Source: a virus (Duplodnaviria; Heunggongvirae; Uroviricota; Caudoviricetes). Taken from it: DNA of 14,752 nt. Each line of letters opens with the position of its first letter. Positions within the stretch are counted from its first letter, which is position 1. A program made the translations under genes and the position numbers. The stretch lies in IMG/VR virus record IMGVR_UViG_3300031565_000009; one strand, written 5' to 3'. Of this stretch, positions 7,261-13,693 are shown piece after piece. A model generated the notes under the pieces. The model saw only the letters and a program-made list of their open reading frames with translations, made no database searches and was not told the origin of the DNA.

Positions 7261-7594
7261 CGCTGATCCTTACATTCTCGCTAGGAGTCCACCGCGTCAT
7301 CGGTAGCTCTTGGATTACGGGATTTCCCTTGCACGCCTTGCAGACAAGTTCCTTGCGAGTCCGCTTCGTCCGCTTCACCACATGGCCGCAGCCATCACAC
7401 GCCGCGCACCTCTCCTGAAAAGACACGCCAACCTTGTAGCTGCACGCCCCGATGTAGTACGTGACATCCTCAAACGCGCTAGCCAGAGCCTTGGAGAGCG
7501 TGTCATGAGGTGAAGTCACCAATGCCCTGGGCGTCTCGCCGTCAAGGCAGTAGCATTCATAGACCCAGTACGTTCCCGTTTTGACAGTCTTCAT
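7211..7594 (-). CDS. Hypothetical protein with DnaJ-type CxxCxGxG zinc-finger motifs, 127 aa
   Basis: ATG 7594 overlaps the upstream stop (ATGA); CAACDGCG and CKACKG. Confidence 0.7.
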   Translation of the reverse strand: MKTVKTGTYWVYECYCLDGETPRALVTSPHDTLSKALASAFEDVTYYIGACSYKVGVSFQERCAACDGCGHVVKRTKRTRKELVCKACKGNPVIQELPMTRWTPSENVRISDVLENAEAEHEAEKAD

Positions 7595-7854
7595 ATCTTG
7601 ATCTCGCGTGGAGTATTGACACCAAGGTTGAAGGCTTCCCATGCCAACCACGTTTCGCGGTACTCGTACTGCCCTGTGATCGTGCTACTGCGAGTCAAGT
7701 CCAGGTCGTAGCCGCGAGCCCACAACTCGAAGGTCGTCCGCCTGCTCCATCCACTCACATTGCACGGCCGATGGCGGCGGGCGGCAATCAGATTGCCGAA
7801 CAGGATCAGCAGAAACAAGCAGAATGAGCCGAAAAGCAGATCGCCGAGAGTCAT
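7591..7854 (-). CDS. Small protein with N-terminal transmembrane helix, 87 aa
   Basis: ATG 7854 with SD GGAGG and ATGA overlap; MTLGDLLFGSFCLFLLILFGNLIAA. Confidence 0.6.
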   Translation of the reverse strand: MTLGDLLFGSFCLFLLILFGNLIAARRHRPCNVSGWSRRTTFELWARGYDLDLTRSSTITGQYEYRETWLAWEAFNLGVNTPREIKI

Positions 7855-8081
7855 TTCAACCTCCGGGGACGCTTCAACACGCCTCTCTTGACCGCCCACC
7901 GGATAAGCCTCGCCGGGTTGCGCTTCCCAGCGTATTCCAGGTCGCGGGCATAATGCAAGTAGCGCCGCGCACGTCGCAACGTATCCAGTCTTCGAGTCTT
8001 CCGGCGGCTTCTCACGATGCGGGCCATTGCCACGCCGAAGAAACAGCACACCACGAAAACAAGTATCGTCTTCACTGTCAT
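7851..8081 (-). CDS. Small protein with N-terminal hydrophobic helix and Arg-rich tail, 76 aa
   Basis: ATG 8081; MTVKTILVFVVCCFFGVAMA followed by a very basic region; stop coupled to the next start. Confidence 0.6.
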   Translation of the reverse strand: MTVKTILVFVVCCFFGVAMARIVRSRRKTRRLDTLRRARRYLHYARDLEYAGKRNPARLIRWAVKRGVLKRPRRLK

Positions 8082-8098
8082 CTCCCGGTCAAACGGTC

Positions 8099-9415
8099 TC
8101 AGAAGGTAGCTTCCGAGGCTAAGATAGGCTCCTCGTAAGTCGTTTTTGGAGTGTTTTGGGTCTTCTTTCGGCCCTTTTTGGTCTTCGGAAGGCCCTCGAC
8201 GACCCTTTTCAACTCCGTTTGCGGGCATCCATGATAGTCGCCATGCTTCGTGACGGTCCCGGTGATGTCCATGGTGTCGCCGACATTCCAGTCGTCCAGT
8301 TCCTTCGACGCCCACCACACAATGATGTTGCCGTCCGGCGTCTCGAAGCGAACGAGCGTGCGGACACCATAGGTGCCCTCAAAGTATTTCATCGCCTTGA
8401 CTTCGCAGCCCGCGAATCCAAAACGCTGGCCGACTTCGCCTAGATGCTTGCGCTGTCGATCCTGCTTCTTCCGCAGGTTCAACTCCTCGATGCGCTCCAA
8501 ATGCCGCAAGTAGGCCGATACCGCCGAGGCGACGAGGCCGATGGTCTTGTAGTTGACCGACTCTTGCCGGCAGGCTACACCCAGGTTGTACTCGTAGTTG
8601 CTGACGCCGGCCGCCGGGATCGCGCGAGCCCATGCCAGGGCCTCCCCGGCTAGTTTCTCGTCGCGTTCCTCCGCATACAGGCTGTGATTCTTGATTAACT
8701 CCTGGACGAACTTGCTCTTCCAGTTGGTCAAGATCATCCAGGCAGTCGAGCCCGTGGTCTGCTCGTCGCTGAACGGATCACTTTTCTCGATCATGCGGCG
8801 ACTCTTCCAACCCAGTCGGCGGATGCAGATCGCCACGGTGCCCAGAAACTCGCGGATGTCCCGCATCCGCCCACCACGTCCACCACCCCAGCAGAAGTCT
8901 TCATCTTCCGCCTCGCGGGCGGCATCAAGGGCCGAGAACTCCCATCCCGCGCGGGCGGCCAGCGTTAAGGCGGAAACGTGCCCGAGGAAGTCGGCGATAC
9001 ACTGCCGGCCAACCTGCACGATGCGGCCATCCTCGTGGCCAAGCACGAAGACTTCCTTCCGCCGACGCAAGGCTTGGCAATGATCGCAGTGGGTATCGGT
9101 GCTGCGGTACACCTCTGGCACAGTCTGCCCGGGGACCGTGCGGACCAGATTCTCACCGTTGTCAAGCATTTCGATGGCCGCCAGCAGGGTCCAACCCTCA
9201 AACTTGGGCGACTCGCCGATCACCTCGATCTCCAGACGGGCTTGCTTATACACCAGCTTCGTGTCCGGCTGACGCTTCTTTACCTCAAACTCGCGAACGA
9301 CCCGCAACGCGATGGGCTGGCAGCCCAGCTTCTTGGCGCGGCGGTTCAGCCTTTCGATCCGCTCGCGGAGGTGATCGAAGTTGTAGGCGGGGATGTCGAA
9401 GACGTTCTCATTCAT
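8099..9415 (-). CDS. Phage-type protein with Zn finger and C-terminal OB-fold-like domain, 438 aa
   Basis: Start reassigned to ATG 9415 (MNENVFDIPAYNFDHLRERIERLNRRAKKLG) because a promoter lies inside the longer ORF. CDHC...VGRQC Zn motif; C-terminal HLGEVGQR...GTYGVRTLVRFETPDGNIIVWWAS...ITGTVTKHGDYHGCPQTELKRV has an OB-fold pattern. Confidence 0.8.
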   Translation of the reverse strand: MNENVFDIPAYNFDHLRERIERLNRRAKKLGCQPIALRVVREFEVKKRQPDTKLVYKQARLEIEVIGESPKFEGWTLLAAIEMLDNGENLVRTVPGQTVPEVYRSTDTHCDHCQALRRRKEVFVLGHEDGRIVQVGRQCIADFLGHVSALTLAARAGWEFSALDAAREAEDEDFCWGGGRGGRMRDIREFLGTVAICIRRLGWKSRRMIEKSDPFSDEQTTGSTAWMILTNWKSKFVQELIKNHSLYAEERDEKLAGEALAWARAIPAAGVSNYEYNLGVACRQESVNYKTIGLVASAVSAYLRHLERIEELNLRKKQDRQRKHLGEVGQRFGFAGCEVKAMKYFEGTYGVRTLVRFETPDGNIIVWWASKELDDWNVGDTMDITGTVTKHGDYHGCPQTELKRVVEGLPKTKKGRKKTQNTPKTTYEEPILASEATF

Positions 9416-9478
9416 GGTGTCGCTCACGGTGTCGCTCACGGTGTCGCTCACGGTGTCGCTCACGGTGTCGCTCACGGT
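9416..9478. repeat. Perfect 12-bp tandem array, GGTGTCGCTCAC x5 plus 3 nt
   Basis: Read directly; abuts ATG 9415 and lies downstream of the 9502-9529 promoter. Confidence 0.97.
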
Positions 9479-9501
9479 TGCTCGTTGCTCGACTCTATTC
9501 A

Positions 9502-9529
9502 AACATACCACAAATGTGGCAAAAGTCAA
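9502..9529 (-). promoter_or_regulatory. Conserved sigma70-type promoter, family copy 3
   Basis: TTGACT-TTTGCCACATTTGTGG-TATGTT-TGAATAGAG; preceded on the minus strand by a T9 run (9533-9541). Confidence 0.8.
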
Positions 9530-9592
9530 GACAAAAAAAAACCCCGGACTTGCGAACGGTAGCTTGCGAGCTGGTCGAAGGGATTGCAGCAA

Positions 9593-9943
9593 TCAGGAGG
9601 CCGTCTTTGGCGATATGAGTTGCGTCACCTTGCCGCTGAAGCGGCAGCCGCCGTTCTTGAACTTCACGTAGGTGCCATCAAAGCGGTATACCGAGCCCTT
9701 GACGCCTCGCTGCTCGACGTACTGGTCAATATACTCGATCAAGTCGTCGAAGAACCAGGGCGAATTGTTGAGGCCGTCGAACTCGCACTGGATCGGCACG
9801 ATGCCACCATACGCCCCGTAGGCAAAGAGGATGTAGCCTGTGTAAACGCGGCGGGGCTCTGGAGCCAAATGGCCCCACGTTGCCTCCATCACGGCGGCAC
9901 GGTAGCGGGCTTCATGTTCGGCAAAAGCATCACTCAAAGGCAT
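9593..9943 (-). CDS. Hypothetical protein, 116 aa
   Basis: ATG 9943 (or GTG 9946) with SD GGAGG; globular composition; co-oriented. Confidence 0.7.
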   Translation of the reverse strand: MPLSDAFAEHEARYRAAVMEATWGHLAPEPRRVYTGYILFAYGAYGGIVPIQCEFDGLNNSPWFFDDLIEYIDQYVEQRGVKGSVYRFDGTYVKFKNGGCRFSGKVTQLISPKTAS

Positions 9944-10028
9944 CACTTCCCCTCCAATCATCCACCCTTTTCGTAGACACTCCACATGATGATCGAAAAT
10001 AGCCGGCTTCCCACATTCAAACAGTGCT

Positions 10029-10793
10029 TCATTCCATAGCCTTGCAACAATTTAACACGCCAGTCTTGCTGCCAAGATAGTTCGCGCCAAGATAACGGCC
10101 AATTACACGTCGCAGCGTTGATTCATTCCACGGCTTGCCAGTGCGGGTCTTGCTTTCAGTGGCATTTAATTGGTCTACAATCTGCTGCAACGTCAGGCCA
10201 GATTCACGCATATACTTGATCCACGGCACAAGGGGCTCGTAGCACTTTTTCATTTCCTCTCGCGAGATATTCTGTGCTGCCGCCGTTGCCTGACGAAAAC
10301 CTCTCTTCTTGCCATCCCAGTGACCCTCCCGGTGCGAGCCCAGTTTCACGCCGCGAGACTTGAGCACGTCGAGGGCAGCCGTGGTCCGATCGGAGATCAT
10401 CCGCCCCTCACGCTCGGCCAGGGCAGCAAGGATATGGAGAGTGAACTGGTCCGCCTCGGGCATATCGCAGCAGATGATCGGCAGTTGGCTCTCCATGAGA
10501 GCGCTGATGAAGGCCACGTTACGGGCCAGGCGGTCCAACTTGGCAATCACCAAGGTCGCCCGCGTCTTGCGGGCATGGGCAATGGCCTTCTGCAACTGTG
10601 GCCGGCGAAGACACTTCTTCAGCCGCTTGCCGGTCTCCACCTCAGTGTATTCGCCGATCTTCGTGCCTGGCCGGCCGACCAGGAGTCGGGCAAACATGGT
10701 CCGCTGGGCTTCAAGCCCGAGACCCGAGTGACCTTGCTTCACGTCGGAAACGCGATAGTAGACGACATACTGAGTGGGCATGGTTGTTGGCAT
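10029..10793 (-). CDS. Serine recombinase (resolvase catalytic domain plus C-terminal recombinase-type DNA-binding domain), 254 aa
   Basis: Catalytic YYRVS...Q..SGLGLEAQ, then EVETG, RPQL, LVIAKLDRLARN, LAALAEREGRMISDRTTAAL, and a C-terminal TLQQIVDQLN...TRTGKPW HTH. SD GAGGAG. Confidence 0.92.
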   Translation of the reverse strand: MPTTMPTQYVVYYRVSDVKQGHSGLGLEAQRTMFARLLVGRPGTKIGEYTEVETGKRLKKCLRRPQLQKAIAHARKTRATLVIAKLDRLARNVAFISALMESQLPIICCDMPEADQFTLHILAALAEREGRMISDRTTAALDVLKSRGVKLGSHREGHWDGKKRGFRQATAAAQNISREEMKKCYEPLVPWIKYMRESGLTLQQIVDQLNATESKTRTGKPWNESTLRRVIGRYLGANYLGSKTGVLNCCKAME

Positions 10794-10813
10794 GATCGTG
10801 TCTCCTCAACACA

Positions 10814-10841
10814 ATCATACCACAATTTTGGCGAAAGTCAA
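10814..10841 (-). promoter_or_regulatory. Conserved sigma70-type promoter, family copy 4
   Basis: TTGACT-TTCGCCAAAATTGTGG-TATGAT, 16-bp spacer, directly upstream of SD GAGGAG and ATG 10793. Confidence 0.8.
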
Positions 10842-10899
10842 ATGGAAAAGCAAAGAGAAAAGCAAAGAGAAAGCAAATGGAAAAGCAAAAGAAACAAGC
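10840..10899. repeat. Degenerate ~12-bp A-rich tandem repeat, about 5 units
   Basis: AAATGGAAAAGC, AAAGAGAAAAGC, AAAGAGAAAGC, AAATGGAAAAGC, AAAAGAAACAAGC; abuts the -35 box. Confidence 0.75.
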
Positions 10900-10957
10900 C
10901 CGCCCGGGAAAGGGTCTCGTGCAACGCAACTTGCAACACAACGCAACCCGGGCGGGC
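10880..10957 (-). terminator. Putative terminator-like hairpin with U-rich tail
   Basis: 11-bp perfect inverted repeat GCCCGCCCGGG (10898-10908 / 10947-10957) followed on the minus strand by TTGTTTCTTTTGCTTTT. The 38-nt loop is unusually long. Confidence 0.5.
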
Positions 10958-10980
10958 CGTAGGGTGTCAGATTGTTGGTG

Positions 10981-11052
10981 TCAGACTGAATATCAGACTG
11001 AATATCAGACTGAGTATCAGACTGAGTATCAGACTGAGTATCAGACTGAGTA
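10981..11052. repeat. 12-bp tandem array, TCAGACTGA(A/G)TA x6
   Basis: Two copies TCAGACTGAATA then four copies TCAGACTGAGTA. The last copy is the final 12 nt of CDS 11041-11418, including its TGA. Confidence 0.97.
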
Positions 11053-11418
11053 GCCGTACTTCACTCGGAAGTCTGGGTTGTGCTTCATCAGCGCCAGCTT
11101 GGCAAACACCTCGCTCGACGTGCCGCCGCCGGCAAGGGAACTCTTCCACTGGTCAATATGATACTTCGACACGCCCCAATAGTAGACAACAGCCAATTCC
11201 ACTTCTTCGATCACTGCCCGCACCAAGCCGTTGCAAAAGATGGGAATCAGCTTGCCCCGATACGTGGTGGCTGGCCACCGGATGGGGGAGTCCGTGAAGC
11301 CGTCCACTTTCACGTCGCCGAGCCATTCATCTCTGACGATCTGTCCCTTGCGGGCCTTGGGCGGCATGTAGGGGCCGGCGTTGAATCGGTACTCGTAGGG
11401 AGGTGGGAAAGTGCTCAT
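11041..11418 (-). CDS. Putative HTH-containing protein, 125 aa
   Basis: GLVRAVIEEVELAVVYYWGVSKYHIDQWKSSL fits an HTH pattern. GPY-x-PP...D-x-PI-x-WP resembles uncharacterised proteins I recall from Planctomycetota (unverified). Confidence 0.65.
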   Translation of the reverse strand: MSTFPPPYEYRFNAGPYMPPKARKGQIVRDEWLGDVKVDGFTDSPIRWPATTYRGKLIPIFCNGLVRAVIEEVELAVVYYWGVSKYHIDQWKSSLAGGGTSSEVFAKLALMKHNPDFRVKYGYSV

Positions 11419-11430
11419 GCTGTTCTCATG

Positions 11431-12396
11431 CTATGCCCGCAACGCGCCCTCAGATTCGGTGGTGGCACCCAGGTACTCCTTGCCGATATAGCGCTTGACA
11501 ATGTTCCAGACCACACTCTGGCTGTAGTTGGACCCGCGCGGAGTCTGGTAGCCCTCCTCATTGAGGCGGTCAGCAATGTCGTGGAAGGTCAGACCCTCCT
11601 CGCGAAGCTGCTTGATCTTGGGCACTACCTTGGCGAGCACTTCTTCCTTCCGCTCGGCAGTCACGGAGCGATACTTGCCCTTCCGTGTGACGTTGCCCAG
11701 GTACTCGTCGCCAAGGTAGCGTTTGATGACGCGCCACAATGAAGCCTGTGAAAAGGGTTTGCCCGCAGTCGTCACCTTGCCCTGATCGTTCAGCCAACGG
11801 ACGATCTCGTCCATCGTGTCGCCGCGCGTGCGGCGCTTCTTAATCTCGGGCAAGAGCCACTGGTATTCCCGCAAGGCTTTCTCACTCCGCGCCTTCGATG
11901 CGGCCGGCACAGCTTGACGCCAACCGCGCTTGTGCTCGCGCCCCTTCCAGTGCCCGGGCCTGGCCGAACCAAGCGGCTTGCCCTCAGCCTTCAGCCTGGC
12001 CATCACCTCCCGATTGCGGAGGGAGATGCGCCGCGACTCCTCTTGGGCAACGGCCGAAAGGATATGGATAGTCGTCGCATTGGCCGAAGGATTATCGAGA
12101 CAAATGAACTTCAATCCCGACGCCTGAGCCTCCTGGGCCAAGTAGCCGGTGAAGCCGGCGTTGCGGGCCAGGCGGTCCAGCCTGGCGATCACCAGGGTCG
12201 CCCCAGCCTTGCAGGCGTGGGCGATGGCCTTCTGCAACTGCGGCCGAGGAGCCCGCTTGTTGCCAACTGTCTCGACCTCGTTGTAGGAGGCAAGCACCTC
12301 GCCACCAGCCGTCTTGAGCCAAGAGTTGACAGTTTTCCTCTGCCCGCCAAAATAGGGCTTGCCTTTCTTCGAGCGGTAGTAAATGATATAGGGCAT
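11431..12396 (-). CDS. Serine-recombinase-like protein with degenerate catalytic loop and duplicated C-terminal DNA-binding domain, 321 aa
   Basis: Clear paralog of 10029-10793 (RPQLQKAIAHA, ATLVIARLDRLARN, GHW-x-G, RYLG-x2-YLG). The N-terminus reads YYRSKKG instead of YYRVS, and the HTH-RY(L/I)G-x-EYLG module occurs twice. Confidence 0.88.
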   Translation of the reverse strand: MPYIIYYRSKKGKPYFGGQRKTVNSWLKTAGGEVLASYNEVETVGNKRAPRPQLQKAIAHACKAGATLVIARLDRLARNAGFTGYLAQEAQASGLKFICLDNPSANATTIHILSAVAQEESRRISLRNREVMARLKAEGKPLGSARPGHWKGREHKRGWRQAVPAASKARSEKALREYQWLLPEIKKRRTRGDTMDEIVRWLNDQGKVTTAGKPFSQASLWRVIKRYLGDEYLGNVTRKGKYRSVTAERKEEVLAKVVPKIKQLREEGLTFHDIADRLNEEGYQTPRGSNYSQSVVWNIVKRYIGKEYLGATTESEGALRA

Positions 12397-12423
12397 CTCT
12401 TTCTCGGTGACAGAGTTGAAGCG

Positions 12424-12550
12424 ACTTCAACGGACACTTCAACGGACACTTCAACGGACACTTCAACGGACACTTCAACGGACACTTCAACGGACACTTC
12501 AACGGACACTTCAACGGACACTTCAACGGACACTTCAACGGACACTTCAA
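12424..12550. repeat. Perfect 12-bp tandem array, ACTTCAACGGAC x10 plus 7 nt
   Basis: Read directly; spans from the -10 box of the 12550-12577 promoter to 27 nt before ATG 12396. Confidence 0.97.
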
Positions 12551-12577
12551 TCTTACACCATCATCGTCAGAAGTCAA
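12550..12577 (-). promoter_or_regulatory. sigma70-type promoter, divergent family copy 5
   Basis: TTGACT-TCTGACGATGATGGTG-TAAGAT-TGAA: same -35 box, 16-bp spacer and TGAA after the -10 box. Confidence 0.65.
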
Positions 12578-12607
12578 ATCCGACTTGATCGTCAACTCGA
12601 AGCGGGC

Positions 12608-12646
12608 GGTGGTATCGTCTGCAACGTCTATACCGACGATACCACC
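12608..12646. promoter_or_regulatory. 12-bp inverted repeat (hairpin or operator) between divergent promoters
   Basis: GGTGGTATCGTC (12608-12619) / GACGATACCACC (12635-12646), 15-nt loop. Confidence 0.6.
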
Positions 12647-12685
12647 TAAATGCCGAATGTTTCTACCAGAAGTGGGCGTGGACAC

Positions 12686-12714
12686 TTGACAACTAACTCT
12701 TCTAATAATAAGGT
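12686..12714 (+). promoter_or_regulatory. sigma70-type promoter for the plus-strand gene
   Basis: Perfect TTGACA-N17-TAAGGT with an AT-rich spacer. Confidence 0.7.
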
Positions 12715-12753
12715 ATTGTAAATGGCCAGACCGATTGGACCCGCGAGCACCTT

Positions 12754-13140
12754 ATGATGATCCACACAATCATCCACACAATCAGTCCCATGATGATGGC
12801 CCTTCACAATGGAGTAGCCGAATACCAACCCCTTCACCCGGGGGTTGAATTGGCCCGCGAGAATCAGGACACCTTAGTCTCTGTCGCCAATCTCCATCTC
12901 CTCCATGATGAAGGTCTACAAGTGCTGAACCTGATCGCCGGCACAGCCGGCCTTCTGTTCATCTTCCACACCGGCGAACAGTACCTCGCCACGGGGCTCC
13001 GCGTGGGCAATCACCAATCGGTCGAATCCCTGGCCGAACTCATGGCAGAGTGGGCCTTTGGCGACCGGCGGGAGTTGTCCGCCCTCTACGCGGCACTGCC
13101 AGACGACTACCGAGGCCCCATACCCTTGGGTCAGGTTTGA
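12754..13140 (+). CDS. Hypothetical protein, up to 128 aa; only supported plus-strand gene
   Basis: Lies downstream of a consensus promoter, does not shadow a credible minus-strand gene, and has globular composition. Start codon uncertain. Confidence 0.6.
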   Translation: MMIHTIIHTISPMMMALHNGVAEYQPLHPGVELARENQDTLVSVANLHLLHDEGLQVLNLIAGTAGLLFIFHTGEQYLATGLRVGNHQSVESLAELMAEWAFGDRRELSALYAALPDDYRGPIPLGQV

Positions 13141-13239
13141 TCGGCAGCTTGATCGGCAGCTTGATCGGCAGCTTGATCGGCAGCTTGATCGGCAGCTTGA
13201 TCGGCAGCTTGATCGGCAGCTTGATCGGCAGCTTGATCG
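13137..13239. repeat. Perfect 12-bp tandem array, TTGATCGGCAGC x8 plus 7 nt
   Basis: Read directly; the first unit contains the TGA stop (13138-13140) of CDS 12754-13140. Confidence 0.97.
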
Positions 13240-13257
13240 ACGGTTTGACGGGCTATG

Positions 13258-13693
13258 CTGACGCGGCAAAAAGAGTAACTGCTCCGGCAGGATAGTAACT
13301 CGTCACAAGTCTCTGGCAGGCCGTGGGTTATGACGATAGAGTTACCCAAACAGGCATAATTACCCTTTTCGCCACATCTGTTCTATATGCGCTGTTGTAT
13401 GTTTCTCTATTTAGTATTTGGATAGTATCAGAAATAGAGTAACTACAATAACATAAGTAACTAGACAAGCACTAAAGTCTTACTGCAAAACGATTTGCAA
13501 AAGTGACCCATTCGCGAATCTCGGCTAAAAAAGGGTAATTCCAGCCACTAAAAGGTCACTCCTTACCTGTCGCAAGACATTCTGACCGCCCAAGCTGGCC
13601 CCGCAAGCTGCCCGCTGCCCTTGCTGCCCTTGCTGCTTCCAGCCGTCAGACGCCGCCGGATGCTGCCAGCGGGCACCCTGATTGCCGCGTCAG
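13258..13693. other. Non-coding block with AT-rich core and several inverted repeats
   Basis: IR pairs: CTGACGCGGCAA 13258-13269 / 13682-13693; AATTACCCTTTT 13358-13369 / 13529-13540; CTCTATTT 13405-13412 / 13432-13439; AGTGACC 13502-13508 / 13554-13560. AGTAACT occurs 4 times. Confidence 0.7.

Noticed and set aside
9416-9592. N-terminal extension of the 497-aa ORF with VSDT repeats
   Set aside because: It starts at a TTG upstream of promoter copy 3 and runs through the promoter and the T9 tract; ATG 9415 is more plausible.
9533-9592. Intrinsic terminator before promoter copy 3
   Set aside because: A T9 run is present but I could not identify a convincing adjacent stem, so it is not listed as a feature.
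10029-12396. IS607-like or Tn3-family transposon around the recombinases
   Set aside because: No transposase or TnpB, no terminal inverted repeats or target duplication, and the HTH is C-terminal rather than the N-terminal IS607 type.
11914-12685. ORFs with STDT, KCPL, SVEV or LQRT repeats
   Set aside because: Products of reading a 12-bp array in stop-free frames; they overlap the recombinase-like gene and its promoter.
12916-13349. ORFs with CRSS, LIGS, DRQL or DQAA repeats
   Set aside because: Same in-frame array artefact. Pentapeptide-repeat resemblance was considered, but the period is 4 aa and the DNA units are identical.
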